A stretch of 64,000 nucleotides of DNA from Myxococcota bacterium (GCA_040386535.1 JAZKFH010000037.1:42430-106429); one strand, 5' to 3'. Counted from the stretch's first letter, positions 10,423 to 22,038 are shown. Notes: a model not told the origin generated them from the letters alone. Translations and numbers: made by a program.

Positions 10423-11118
10423 ATGCCCGTCGACCTCGGCTCCAACTCCGCCACCGTACGGGCGCGATCGAAGGGGCTGAATGTGCGCTGGATGTATGTT
10501 CTTACTCTGCTCGGTGCCTGCAAATCCGACAACTCCCACTCCTTGAGCGACCTTGGCGTGCGGGTCGTGTCGGCTCATCGGGTGGCGGGCATGGAGCGAC
10601 AGGCACCAGGACAGTTCCATTACCTCGTGGACTTTTGGATTCGATCGCCTGGGGAAGAGGCGTGGTTGATCATCGCCTGTGGCGCGGGCGCTCCGTCGCT
10701 GATGAACACGTCCGGTTCGCCGGTCGTAGATCTACCTCGAGCAACGGCAACCGTCGTCTTCCTGAAACATCCATCCGGCTACATCTCTGCCGAAGTCTCC
10801 GGCGTGGAACCCACTTCCTGCGCGCACATCTTCCCGCTCCGTCGTAGTGGCGAACTCGTTCTCTCGCAGCTGGAGGTCGTGACCGATTCGGCGCACGATA
10901 TGGCCGTGTGTGTCGGAAGCGACCTTTCACTGATTCCACCAACGTTCCGGACGGACCCGGGCCCGCTCGCGCAGGCGATTTCGCGCATGCAGCGGAGCTG
11001 GTCCGGCTTGCCACAGGTGATCAATCTGCGCACCAACCACCCCCCGAGCGAGGGAAGTGAGTTTCTTGCAGAGATTCGGCTCGGAAGTCCCACCTGCTCG
11101 AGAATTCCTGTCGAATAG
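10423..11118 (+). CDS. Hypothetical lipoprotein-like orphan
   Basis: Lower-GC ORF with LTLLGAC lipobox. Start ATG 10423 (6 nt after TGcTACCAT) or GTG 10483 (after AAGGGG). Confidence 0.5.
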   Translation: MPVDLGSNSATVRARSKGLNVRWMYVLTLLGACKSDNSHSLSDLGVRVVSAHRVAGMERQAPGQFHYLVDFWIRSPGEEAWLIIACGAGAPSLMNTSGSPVVDLPRATATVVFLKHPSGYISAEVSGVEPTSCAHIFPLRRSGELVLSQLEVVTDSAHDMAVCVGSDLSLIPPTFRTDPGPLAQAISRMQRSWSGLPQVINLRTNHPPSEGSEFLAEIRLGSPTCSRIPVE

Positions 11119-11185
11119 CTCAGAACCAGCGCCTCCTTGGCGAATCAATCACGTGCGGCCCGGCGGGGCACGCCGCCCCTCCGGA

Positions 11186-11336
11186 GCGCCAGGGGGGCCG
11201 GAGGGCGGCCGGCTTTCGCCGGCCGGTCCCGCCGGGGCCGCCCCGGCGGACCGAGGCGCCCCGCGCCGAGCCCGGAGGACACCCGCCGCCGCCCGTCCGC
11301 GGGCTGCGGGGCGCCCATGGGCGCTGTCGGACGTTG
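11186..11336 (-). repeat. Structured GC-rich intergenic repeat, copy R (inverted relative to L)
   Basis: Minus strand reads CAACGTC..GGGCGCCCCGC..GTCCTCCGGGC..GCCGGCgaaaGCCGGC..GCCCTCCGGCC..CCTGGCGC, same block order as copy L. Confidence 0.7.
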
Positions 11337-11337
11337 A

Positions 11338-11346
11338 TGCTACGCT
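11338..11346 (+). promoter_or_regulatory. Putative extended -10 element (TGcTACGCT) for the tRNA-like RNA
   Basis: Matches TGnTAnnnT and ends 6 nt before G11353. Confidence 0.5.
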
Positions 11347-11969
11347 GGGGGTGCCCTGGTGAAGCTCTGCGGTGGAGCGGCCGACGAGAAATTGGTAGGC
11401 GCGGGTTCGAACCCCGCTGCCGGGGCACTTCCCTCCCGAACAGCCCGCGCGCACCACCCCACTGTCACACCCTGGCTCGGCTCAATCGAAGAGCGTTCAG
11501 GTACGTACGCACCTCCGGCGAGGTCAAGACCATCTCCCGGTAGGCATCGTCCGGGCTCAGGCCCAGCTCCTCCACGAGCGCGCGCACGGTAGGAAGGTCG
11601 CCCCCGCCGCTTCACGAACGCTCCGATGCTCTCATCGATCAGGAGGAGTGAGTCGCGGTCAGCCTCCCAGGGGCAATGAGGGTTCCAGGCCCACACAGCT
11701 CCGGAGCGCACATCGAGTACGTATTGATCCGCGTTCATCCGGCCGATGACCAGCAGCCCCTGGTCCGCGCGAACCGGTGATTTGGAGATCTGCTCGGCAA
11801 CGTCCGCCAGGGCGAAGAAGACGATCTCCCACGCACCGCCATCGGGCCCCCGGAAGTGCCAGGTAAATCCCATGGACGCGGGGGTTGCCATGAACGCCGT
11901 GTAGGCGTCGGGAAGTACGCCCACTGCGCGCTCGATGCTCTCCCGAAGCTCCTCGTTCTGGGCGCCCAT
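11340..11969 (-). CDS. SMI1/KNR4 (SUKH)-like immunity protein; C-terminus probably read-through
   Basis: GGAGG RBS before ATG 11969; IERAVGVLPDAYTAFM, LLVIG, YVLD..SGAVWAW, ESIGAFV. Domain ends near 11610 but the frame continues antisense through the tRNA-like element. Confidence 0.6.
   Translation of the reverse strand: MGAQNEELRESIERAVGVLPDAYTAFMATPASMGFTWHFRGPDGGAWEIVFFALADVAEQISKSPVRADQGLLVIGRMNADQYVLDVRSGAVWAWNPHCPWEADRDSLLLIDESIGAFVKRRGRPSYRARARGGAGPEPGRCLPGDGLDLAGGAYVPERSSIEPSQGVTVGWCARAVREGSAPAAGFEPAPTNFSSAAPPQSFTRAPPA
11353..11427 (+). ncRNA. tRNA-like cloverleaf (non-canonical or pseudo-tRNA; AGA at the anticodon position)
   Basis: D stem GCTC/GAGC, anticodon stem GCCGA/TTGGT with loop CGAGAAA, variable AGGC, T arm GCGGG-TTCGAAC-CCCGC, closing stem GCCCTGGTG/TGCCGGGGC. 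Lacks U8, A14, A21, U33 and encoded CCA. Confidence 0.7.
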
Positions 11970-12034
11970 GTGTGCCTCCACGGCACACCCTAAGACCGCG
12001 CGCTCCACAAGCACGCGGCTCCTCCGCACGCCGA

Positions 12035-15000
12035 TCACTCCGCGGCGGCCTCCGCCCGCCCCACGATGACGAGCTGCACGCGCCGGTTGGTGCGCCGCCC
12101 CGCTTCGCTCGTGTTCTTCGCGATGGGCCGCGTCGCGCCGTAGCCCTTCGCCACCAGGCGCCCGGCCTCGACGCCGTGCGCCACGAGCCACGCGCGCACG
12201 GCCTCGGCGCGGCGCTGCGACAGGTCGAGGTTGTAGACGGGATCGCCCCGATCGTCGGTGTGGCCCTCGATCTCGATGCGGGTCACCTCGGGGTGGAGCG
12301 TGAGCACGGCGGTCACCTCCTCGAGCACGCGGAACGAGTCGGGTTGGAGGATGGCCTCGTCGAACGCGAAGTGCAGGGACTCGTCCAACGTCACGGCGCC
12401 CGCGGTGACGGACACGCGCGCGGCGTCGAGCACGACGACGACCTCGACGGGGCCGACGCCGGCCGCCACGGGCGCCTCCACGCTGCGCGCTCCGTACGCC
12501 GGCGCGGAGACGATGACCTGCCACGCGCCGGGCAACACGCTGGTCTCGAGCGCGCCGTCCGCGCCGGTGGCGCCAGGGCGTGTGTACGCCGTGCCGCTCG
12601 ACACCGGGCCGCTCAAGCGCACCTCGGCATCCACGGGGGTTCCGTCGGGCTCGGCGACGCGGATGTGGAGCGGGCGGGGCAGCCAGTCGAGGCGGAGGCG
12701 GCGCTCCTGGGCACCCTCGACGAGGGTGAGGTCGGTGGCGGCCTCGGCGTAGCCGGGCACTTCGGTGCGGACCGCGAGGGGGCCGAGGGGGAGGGTGGGG
12801 ACGAGCAAGATGCCAGACGGCGCCGACATCGTCGTCTCCCCGAGCCGTACGCTGCCGCCGCGGACCAGCGAACCGTCGGGGTCGTGGAGTTCGACCAGCA
12901 GGCTCGCGACGCCGGGCGTGGGCGGCGTGAACACGAGATCGACGTCGGTGGGGACGTACTTGTCCTTGGCGGTGATCATGGACGAGAGGGCGGGCACCTG
13001 CGCGCTGGTGAGGCCCCAGCGTGGCGAGGAGGCCGCGATCGCCCAGCCGGGCTGCGCGCTGAGGACGAAGCGCGCGGTCGCGTCGGAGTCGACCGGGACG
13101 GGGGGCGAGTAGCCGGGGCCGTACGCGCGGGCGACCGCGTCGGTCGCGGGGCCCTCGGGGCCCTTCGCTCGCACGCGGACGGCGCGGGGAGCCCAGCCGA
13201 GCGTGATGTCGGAGAGGTTGTCGCCCGAGCGGAGCAACAGCTCGCGCGACCAGGTCCCGAGCGCCTCGGCGGCGCCCTCGACCTCGACGCGGTGCTTGCC
13301 GGGGGCGAACCCCTCCAGGCGCAGTCCGCCGCTCCCGCCGATCGTGCCGGCGTCGCGACCGTCTACCCGCACGTGGGCGCCGGCAACCGCGGCGCCGTCG
13401 GGGCCCTTGACGTTGAGGACCAGCGCGGCGTCGCCCGCTTCGCGCAACAGCGAGGCGTCGATGTCGATGCGGGTGGTGCCGTCGGGGAGCACGTCCACGA
13501 CGCGCTCCTGGAGGCCCAGGGCGGGGGCGGAGAGGGTGACGCGCCAGGACCCGGCGGGGAGGGTGTAGAGCGCCTCGCCGTCGGGGCCGAGCGAGCCGGG
13601 GGGCATCTCCGCGCGGCCCGCGAAGCGGATGGCGGCGTCGATCGGCTCGGCGTCGGGGCCGCGGGCGCGCACGGCGAGCGCGCCGGGCACCCACCCGAGG
13701 ACCACGTCCAGATCCCGCGGGCCGGCGAGCTCGATCGTGCGCGGCTCGCTCGGACGGAGGAGGGGGCCGGACACCGCCACGGTCCGGGTGCCGGCGGCGA
13801 GCCCCTCGACCCGCATCGTGCCGGCCGAGCTGGTGCTTCCGAGCGACACGCCGTCCAGACGCACCTCGGCGCCCGCCACGGGGGCCCCGGCGGGGTCGAG
13901 GACGCGCACGCCGAGCGAGGCGTCCCCGGCGTCGGGCTGGAGCTGCACGTCCACGATCACCAGCGCCAGCTGGCCGGCCTCGACCGTCACGTCGCGTGTC
14001 TGCACGCCGAGGCTCGGGGCGGTCACGATGACCTGCCAGCGCCCGGGGGCGACCTGGTGCAAGAGCTCGCCGTCGTCGCCGAGATCGAGCGACGTGGGCG
14101 CCTCCCCCGTGGACCCGCCGAGGAACCGCGCCTGGGCCCCGGTTGCCGGGCCCGTGGTGGTGCGCGCGAGCACCTTGACCGTGCCCGGCGGGTGGACGAG
14201 GGTGACGGTGCGGCTCAGGTCCTCGGCGGCGAGCGTGACGACGAGCGGCGCGGTGGCGGTGTAGTCGGGCGCGTCCACCGTGACGGTGCGCGCGCCGGGC
14301 ACGAGATCCACCAGGGTGAGCGTGCCGCCGGTGCCGGTCTCGCCGTGGGAGGCGCCGTCCAGCCGCACGACCGCGCCCTCCACGGGCGCGCCGGACGCGT
14401 CCACGAGCCGCACGGTCAGGTCGGCGTCGCCGCCCTCGGCGGGCTGGAGGATCGCGAGCACGCCGAGGCGGCGCCACGCATCTTCGCTCACGCGGATGTC
14501 GCGGACCTGGGTCTCGGTGCCGGGGCCCGACACGGTCACGGTCCAGTCACCCGGGGTGAGGGGGATGTCGGCCGTGCCGTCGCGGCCGAGGCGCACGATC
14601 GCGGCGGGGGTGTCCGGGTTGGGGGGCACCACTTCTACGATCACGGTGGCGTCGATGGGCGCGCCGGTGGCGTCCTGCGCGACGACGACCAGATCACGCG
14701 GCCCGGGCGTCGTGACCGCGTCCGCGGTGGAGAGCGTGCGCTTCGGCGGGGCGGACCACCCCACGCGCGCGAGCACGCGGCCGCCCGAGCTCCCGATGCC
14801 CGGCGAGATCGCGTAGCCCCCGGCGAGCGTCACGGAGAGCCCCGAGCGGCCGCGCCACCCGACGCGCGCGAGCAGCTCCCCCGGGGCGCTGGAGAGCGGG
14901 CTCGTCGTGGCCGAGAGCGAGGGGGAGAACCACGCCTCGAGGCCCGCGCCGAGCGCGCCCCGGCCGTACCCGACCTGAGCGCCGAGCGGGACGGTCAGCG

Positions 15001-15562
15001 TGCGGTCGACGTTGCCGAAGCGCGCGTTCGTGTCGCCGGCGAGGCCCGCGTCGACCGACCAGCGGAGCCCGTCTCCGCCGCGCCCCACCGTCGCGTGCAC
15101 GCCGCCGCCCCATCCGCCGCCGAGGAGCACGCGCTCGGCCCCGGTGGGGGCCACGCCCTCGGCGCGCACGCCCACGGCGAGCCCGTCGCCGTCCGACCAG
15201 ACCGTGATCGGCACGGCGAGCCGCAGGTCGCCCAGAGGGGCGCCGGTCGCGCCGTCCGGTCCGGCGTAGTGGAGCCAGAGCGGCAGGGAGGCGGCCACGC
15301 CGACGCGCCCGAAGCGGGCCCCGCCCGCCACGGTGAAGCCGAGCAGCTCGTCGAGGAGCGGCGTCGTCTCGGGGGAGTCCTCCGTCGGCCACGACACCGC
15401 GAGGGTACGCGCACCCTCGAACGTGAGCCCGATGCCCGTAGGCGGCGCGCCCGCCTCCCACACGAGGACCGGGGCCGCCGGGTCGCCACCGGGGGAGGGG
15501 ACCACCGAGGTGCCGTGCGCGTCGAGCGCGTAGGCCGCGCTCGGGAGGAGGAGCACGATCAA
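12035..15562 (-). CDS. OmpA family protein with multiple carboxypeptidase-regulatory/PEGA-like beta-sandwich repeats
   Basis: TTG start overlapping upstream stop (TTGA); signal peptide; repeated D..GAPV.GA.V.LDG; C-terminal IEGHTD, NLDLSQRRAEAV, GYGATRP, NRRVQL. Confidence 0.85.
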   Translation of the reverse strand: MIVLLLPSAAYALDAHGTSVVPSPGGDPAAPVLVWEAGAPPTGIGLTFEGARTLAVSWPTEDSPETTPLLDELLGFTVAGGARFGRVGVAASLPLWLHYAGPDGATGAPLGDLRLAVPITVWSDGDGLAVGVRAEGVAPTGAERVLLGGGWGGGVHATVGRGGDGLRWSVDAGLAGDTNARFGNVDRTLTVPLGAQVGYGRGALGAGLEAWFSPSLSATTSPLSSAPGELLARVGWRGRSGLSVTLAGGYAISPGIGSSGGRVLARVGWSAPPKRTLSTADAVTTPGPRDLVVVAQDATGAPIDATVIVEVVPPNPDTPAAIVRLGRDGTADIPLTPGDWTVTVSGPGTETQVRDIRVSEDAWRRLGVLAILQPAEGGDADLTVRLVDASGAPVEGAVVRLDGASHGETGTGGTLTLVDLVPGARTVTVDAPDYTATAPLVVTLAAEDLSRTVTLVHPPGTVKVLARTTTGPATGAQARFLGGSTGEAPTSLDLGDDGELLHQVAPGRWQVIVTAPSLGVQTRDVTVEAGQLALVIVDVQLQPDAGDASLGVRVLDPAGAPVAGAEVRLDGVSLGSTSSAGTMRVEGLAAGTRTVAVSGPLLRPSEPRTIELAGPRDLDVVLGWVPGALAVRARGPDAEPIDAAIRFAGRAEMPPGSLGPDGEALYTLPAGSWRVTLSAPALGLQERVVDVLPDGTTRIDIDASLLREAGDAALVLNVKGPDGAAVAGAHVRVDGRDAGTIGGSGGLRLEGFAPGKHRVEVEGAAEALGTWSRELLLRSGDNLSDITLGWAPRAVRVRAKGPEGPATDAVARAYGPGYSPPVPVDSDATARFVLSAQPGWAIAASSPRWGLTSAQVPALSSMITAKDKYVPTDVDLVFTPPTPGVASLLVELHDPDGSLVRGGSVRLGETTMSAPSGILLVPTLPLGPLAVRTEVPGYAEAATDLTLVEGAQERRLRLDWLPRPLHIRVAEPDGTPVDAEVRLSGPVSSGTAYTRPGATGADGALETSVLPGAWQVIVSAPAYGARSVEAPVAAGVGPVEVVVVLDAARVSVTAGAVTLDESLHFAFDEAILQPDSFRVLEEVTAVLTLHPEVTRIEIEGHTDDRGDPVYNLDLSQRRAEAVRAWLVAHGVEAGRLVAKGYGATRPIAKNTSEAGRRTNRRVQLVIVGRAEAAAE

Positions 15563-17391
15563 CGGCGCCGCCGCGTGGCGAGGAGCCCCACGAGCGCGAG
15601 CCCGAGCGACATCCCGGGGCCCGAGCCTGTTGCGCAGCCGCACGGGGGCAGGCCGCCGCCCACGAGGCCGAGCGGAGCGCCCGCGTCGGTGTCGGTGTCG
15701 ACGGGATCCGGCGCGGTGTCCGTGTCGGCATCCGTGTCGGCGTCCGTGTCGGCGTCGGTGTCGGCCGACCCTTCGTCGTCGAAGTCCAGCGCGCCGATGT
15801 CCGAGGGGGTATGCCCGTAGTCGTCGGCGCGGTCGGGCGTGCCCGCGGCGTTCGCGGGGGAGCCGGCGGCCAGGTACGGCTCGCTCTCGCAGTCGGTCGG
15901 GTCGTACTCGGGCACGAACCCCGCGTCGCTCACGACGATGTCGTTGTCGCCCATCGCGACGCCCACCATCGGCGTCGCGACCTCGGCCCACAGGTTGTAG
16001 TCGTTCACCAGGGGGCTGGGGACGGTGTCGAGCGAGACCCCGCCGGTGGAGTCGGCCGCGAGGTTGTTGGTGAAGGTCAGGCTGCCCACGTCCCCCGATA
16101 CGAAGAGGGCGTCGCTCCCGACGAGCGTGTTGTCCTCGACGACGAACGTGGACGCGCCGAGGCTGTAGTAGCCCCGCAGGACCGCGCTGCCGCCGAACGC
16201 GAGGGCCTGGATGCGGCTCTTGCGCATCGTCACCGTGGAACGGTAGGTACCGATGAGGCCCCAGCCGTCGTCGCCGTAGTCGCACACCCGGAGGCCGTCG
16301 ATCATCGCGGTCCCGGAGACGATCTTGATCGCCGGGCCTCCGAGCGTCGTGCCGTGCCCGACCAGCCGGGCGTCCGACATGCGCAGCACGCCGCCGCCGC
16401 GGTAGAGCTGGCCCGCGCGGGAGAACTTGGTCCCGGTCACGCTCAGCTCGCCGCCGGAGTCGGCGCGGATCACCGGGTTCTCCGCGCTCGTCGGCGCGAG
16501 CTCGCCGTCGGTGAACGACACGAGGTCCCCGTCGGCGAGCTTGGCGTCGAGCACCGCGGCGGTCTCGCCGCCGGTGTTGTAGAACGTGCAGGTCTCGCAC
16601 GCGAAGGACCCGCCGAACACGTAGATCGGCGCGCCGCCCCAGTCCTCGTGCACCACGCCGCGGGAGCCCGAGAAGCGGCCGCCCTCGACCAGCACGTCGT
16701 ACGCGTCGATCGCGAGCAGGTCGGCGCCCGCGGCGGGGCCGTTGTCCTCGAAGTCGGCGGTGCCGGTGAAGTGCGCCTGCACGTCGCCCCCCACGCCCCA
16801 GAGGCCCACGGCGCCGGCCGGATTGGACTTGAAGGTGCTGTTCGTCAACGCCACGCTGGCGTCTTGCGACCGCGCCACCACCAGCAACGCGCGCAGGCTC
16901 TCGAACCCCTCGGCCACGAACCCGGGGCCGCTGACCGCGCCGTCCACCAGCACGAGGCCCGCGCCGCTGTCGCCCACGAGCTTCACGTCGTCCACGATCA
17001 GCGTGGCCTCGTTCACCACGATCGCGGCGGAGGGCCCGGTGGACTCGAACAGGTCCGAGACGTCGGTCGGGAGCACCAGCGTCGCCGCGGTCGTGATGCG
17101 AGCGTGCTGGAGCGTGAGCGTGGCGCCGTCGGTGACCGCGATGGGGGGCAGGTCGACGACCACGCCGTCGCTCGGGGCGAGGCGGTACGCGGACACGTAC
17201 GCGCCGGGCACGAACGCGAGCTGGTCGATCCCGGTGGTGACACAGCCGGGATCGATCCAGACGACGGCGTCCCCCGACGCGTCGCGCGCCGCGCGCACGG
17301 TGTCCTGGAGGAGCTGCTCGTTCGCGCAGGTGTACTCGACCTCGGCGGCCGACGCGGCGGGGGCGGAGAGGAGCCACGACAGGAGCCGCAT
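15559..17391 (-). CDS. Secreted beta-helix-like surface protein with MYXO-CTERM-like tail
   Basis: Signal peptide, SDIGA motif, DTDAD linker, C-terminal CGCATG-TM-RRRR. Confidence 0.75.
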   Translation of the reverse strand: MRLLSWLLSAPAASAAEVEYTCANEQLLQDTVRAARDASGDAVVWIDPGCVTTGIDQLAFVPGAYVSAYRLAPSDGVVVDLPPIAVTDGATLTLQHARITTAATLVLPTDVSDLFESTGPSAAIVVNEATLIVDDVKLVGDSGAGLVLVDGAVSGPGFVAEGFESLRALLVVARSQDASVALTNSTFKSNPAGAVGLWGVGGDVQAHFTGTADFEDNGPAAGADLLAIDAYDVLVEGGRFSGSRGVVHEDWGGAPIYVFGGSFACETCTFYNTGGETAAVLDAKLADGDLVSFTDGELAPTSAENPVIRADSGGELSVTGTKFSRAGQLYRGGGVLRMSDARLVGHGTTLGGPAIKIVSGTAMIDGLRVCDYGDDGWGLIGTYRSTVTMRKSRIQALAFGGSAVLRGYYSLGASTFVVEDNTLVGSDALFVSGDVGSLTFTNNLAADSTGGVSLDTVPSPLVNDYNLWAEVATPMVGVAMGDNDIVVSDAGFVPEYDPTDCESEPYLAAGSPANAAGTPDRADDYGHTPSDIGALDFDDEGSADTDADTDADTDADTDTAPDPVDTDTDAGAPLGLVGGGLPPCGCATGSGPGMSLGLALVGLLATRRRR

Positions 17392-17545
17392 GGGAGCATC
17401 CGGATGAATGCCATGGTGCCAGACACCGCGGACTCAGTCACGCGGCGCGACGCCGGGTTCGCTTGCTTGACACGCGTGATGACAAAAATGTCACCTCGCG
17501 CTTTCGGTTGCCCTTGTGGTCCACCGTCCGCGGAGCACGCCCTTC

Positions 17546-17899
17546 ATGATCCTGATCGTCGATGACGAACCCATGATTTGCCTCACGCTCACCGAGCTCC
17601 TGGAGGACGTGGGGTACGAGGTGATCGGCGCGGGGAACGGCGTGGAGGCGCGCGCCCGGTTTGGTCCGCAGGTGGCCGCGGTGCTGCTGGACGTGCGGCT
17701 CCCGGACGTGGGCCAGCTCGAGCTGCTCACCTGGTTCAAGAGCCAGAACCCGGCGTGTGTCGTCCTCATGATGACCGGAAACGGCCCGATGGCGCTCGAG
17801 GCCGAGGCGCGGGGGTTGGGCGCGAACGGTTTTCTGCGCAAGCCGTTCAGCATCGACAGCCTGCTCCGCGACATCGAACGACTCGTGCCGCGCGCCTGA
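17546..17899 (+). CDS. Single-domain response regulator
   Basis: MILIVDDE, VLLDVRLP, MMTG, LRKPF. Confidence 0.9.
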   Translation: MILIVDDEPMICLTLTELLEDVGYEVIGAGNGVEARARFGPQVAAVLLDVRLPDVGQLELLTWFKSQNPACVVLMMTGNGPMALEAEARGLGANGFLRKPFSIDSLLRDIERLVPRA

Positions 17900-17908
17900 C
17901 GCGACGGG

Positions 17909-19132
17909 TCAGCCCGAGCGGGGCAGCTCGAACCAGAACGTCGCGCCCTGCCCGGGCCAGCCCTCGGCGCCCACGGTGCCGCCGTGCCGGCCGACGATCC
18001 GCTTGACCAGGCCGAGCCCGATCCCGGTGCCCTCGAACTCGTCCATCCGGTGGAGCCGACGGAACGGCTCGAAGAGCAGCGATTGGTGGGCGGGGTCGAA
18101 GCCGGCCCCGTTGTCGTGGATGAGGACGCGCAGATTTTCGTCCGACTCCTCCGTGTCCAAGGTGATCAGGGCCACGTCGCGCTTCCGGGTGAACTTCCAC
18201 GCGTTGCCGAGCAGGTTCTCGAGCACGAGGCGGAGGTAGCGAGGATCGGCTCGCACCATCGCCTGGTCTGCGCCCAGGAATTCGACCACTCGCTCCGGTT
18301 CGCGCCGCCGGAGCTCGTCGATGATGGTGGCGGAGAGGACGGCGAGGTCGACCTCGGCGAACTCGAGCGGGTCCCGGCCGGCTTGGGAGAGGGCGAGCAG
18401 GTCGTCGATGATGGCCCGCATCCGCGCGGCGGCGCCGCGCAGGCGCCGGAGGAGCTGGGCGTCCGGGGGGGAGAGCTTGTCGGCGAGGTTCTCCTCCAAT
18501 ATTTCGCCGTACGCGTCGATCGCGCGCAGGGGCGCGCGCAGATCGTGGGACACGGAGTAGGCGAAGGCGTCGAGCTCGTGGACGGCGGCGGTGAGCTCCT
18601 CGGTCCGCGCCGCGACGCGCCGCTCGAAGTCGGCCTGCAGCTCCTGGACCTCCTGCTCGGCGGGCGTGCGGGGGGTCCCGTCGGCACGCTCCAGCAGGAG
18701 GGCGTTGTCGAGCGCCGCGTCGAGGGCAAAGGCCACGGCGCGGTGCGCGGCGCCCGAGACGCCGGAGCCGGGGAGCCCGAGGAAGACCACCCGCGCCGCG
18801 CCGAGGTGGGCGCCGACGCCGAAGGCGACGATGGGCCTGGGCGACTCCGCGAGCGCGACGGGCACGGACAGGAACGTCTCCGTGCCGTTGCCGGTCTGCG
18901 CGCGCCGGAGCGACCGCCGCACGGCCGCGGAGACCGAGGCCGACGTGCCCATGCGGGCCACTTCGCCCAAGGTCGTGCCGTCATCCGCCGCGACGATGGC
19001 GAACGTGACGAGCTGCGGCGCACGTGCGAGCGCCGCTGCGAGCTGCTCCGCCCGCACCGCGGCGGTGCTTCCTCGGGAACCCGCGATCTCCGCCAGGAGC
19101 GCGAACGCCTGTTCGTCCAATGTCGATCCCAA
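17909..19132 (-). CDS. Sensor histidine kinase
   Basis: SVSHDLRAPL, ENLLGNAWKFT, DNGAGF, GTGIGLG. Start uncertain. Confidence 0.9.
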   Translation of the reverse strand: MGSTLDEQAFALLAEIAGSRGSTAAVRAEQLAAALARAPQLVTFAIVAADDGTTLGEVARMGTSASVSAAVRRSLRRAQTGNGTETFLSVPVALAESPRPIVAFGVGAHLGAARVVFLGLPGSGVSGAAHRAVAFALDAALDNALLLERADGTPRTPAEQEVQELQADFERRVAARTEELTAAVHELDAFAYSVSHDLRAPLRAIDAYGEILEENLADKLSPPDAQLLRRLRGAAARMRAIIDDLLALSQAGRDPLEFAEVDLAVLSATIIDELRRREPERVVEFLGADQAMVRADPRYLRLVLENLLGNAWKFTRKRDVALITLDTEESDENLRVLIHDNGAGFDPAHQSLLFEPFRRLHRMDEFEGTGIGLGLVKRIVGRHGGTVGAEGWPGQGATFWFELPRSG

Positions 19133-19253
19133 GGAGGCCCTCGGGCCGGAAACCCCGGATCGGTCCGAACCCTTCCGCCCGTTTGCGTCCCCGGTTTACG
19201 AAACTCGAACTGATGTGCTTCGTCCTGGTCTATCGGGCGTGCTATGAGGTGGG

Positions 19254-21482
<2,229 letters not shown>

Positions 21483-21512
21483 TCCGGCCCGAAGGTGGAC
21501 CGCCGCCAGCGG

Positions 21513-22013
21513 TCAACAGGGCGATGCGTCGGGCGTCCCGCCGCTGCTGTCCCCGCACCCGCCGCCCACTTCGAGCGCCGGGTGCAGGGGGAAGTCCAGG
21601 GAGTGCCAGAGGTCCGGGACCTCGATCTCCGTGAGCTCCTGCCCCGCGTCGAGGAGGCAGGCCCTGGCGTGCTCGTAGAGGGTCCGCGAGCGATCCGCCG
21701 CCACGCTGACCTTCCGCACGTCGAGCGCGACGGCGGGGGTGTCGCCCGCGGCGAGGTGGTCCCGCAGGTCCAGCCAGGCGCCCGCGGCCACCACGGCGTA
21801 CGTCGTGAGCGACGTGAGCTTGGACTTGAGGCACATCCGCTCGTCCACGTCGTCCCGGAGCTGGGCGGCGGCGAGCCAGCCCTCTACGTCGCCGATCGCC
21901 GCCTCCATCTCCCGGCGCACACCGTCGGTGTAGACGAGCGCGACCGGGGAGGGGCGCTCCTCGGCATGGGACGGTTGCACGGCCGCGAGGAGGCTGGGAA
22001 GGAGAAGGTTCAT
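21513..22013 (-). CDS. Hypothetical secreted helical protein with paired Cys
   Basis: Signal-like N-terminus; CLKSKL and ARAC segments; GAGGG RBS. Confidence 0.6.
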   Translation of the reverse strand: MNLLLPSLLAAVQPSHAEERPSPVALVYTDGVRREMEAAIGDVEGWLAAAQLRDDVDERMCLKSKLTSLTTYAVVAAGAWLDLRDHLAAGDTPAVALDVRKVSVAADRSRTLYEHARACLLDAGQELTEIEVPDLWHSLDFPLHPALEVGGGCGDSSGGTPDASPC

Positions 22014-22038
22014 GGTGCCCTCTCGCCCACTGTAGCCC

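Noticed and set aside
11353..11427. Canonical tRNA-Ser(AGA) or tRNA-Sec
   Set aside because: No long variable arm, no U33/U8/A14, and the anticodon is not TCA.
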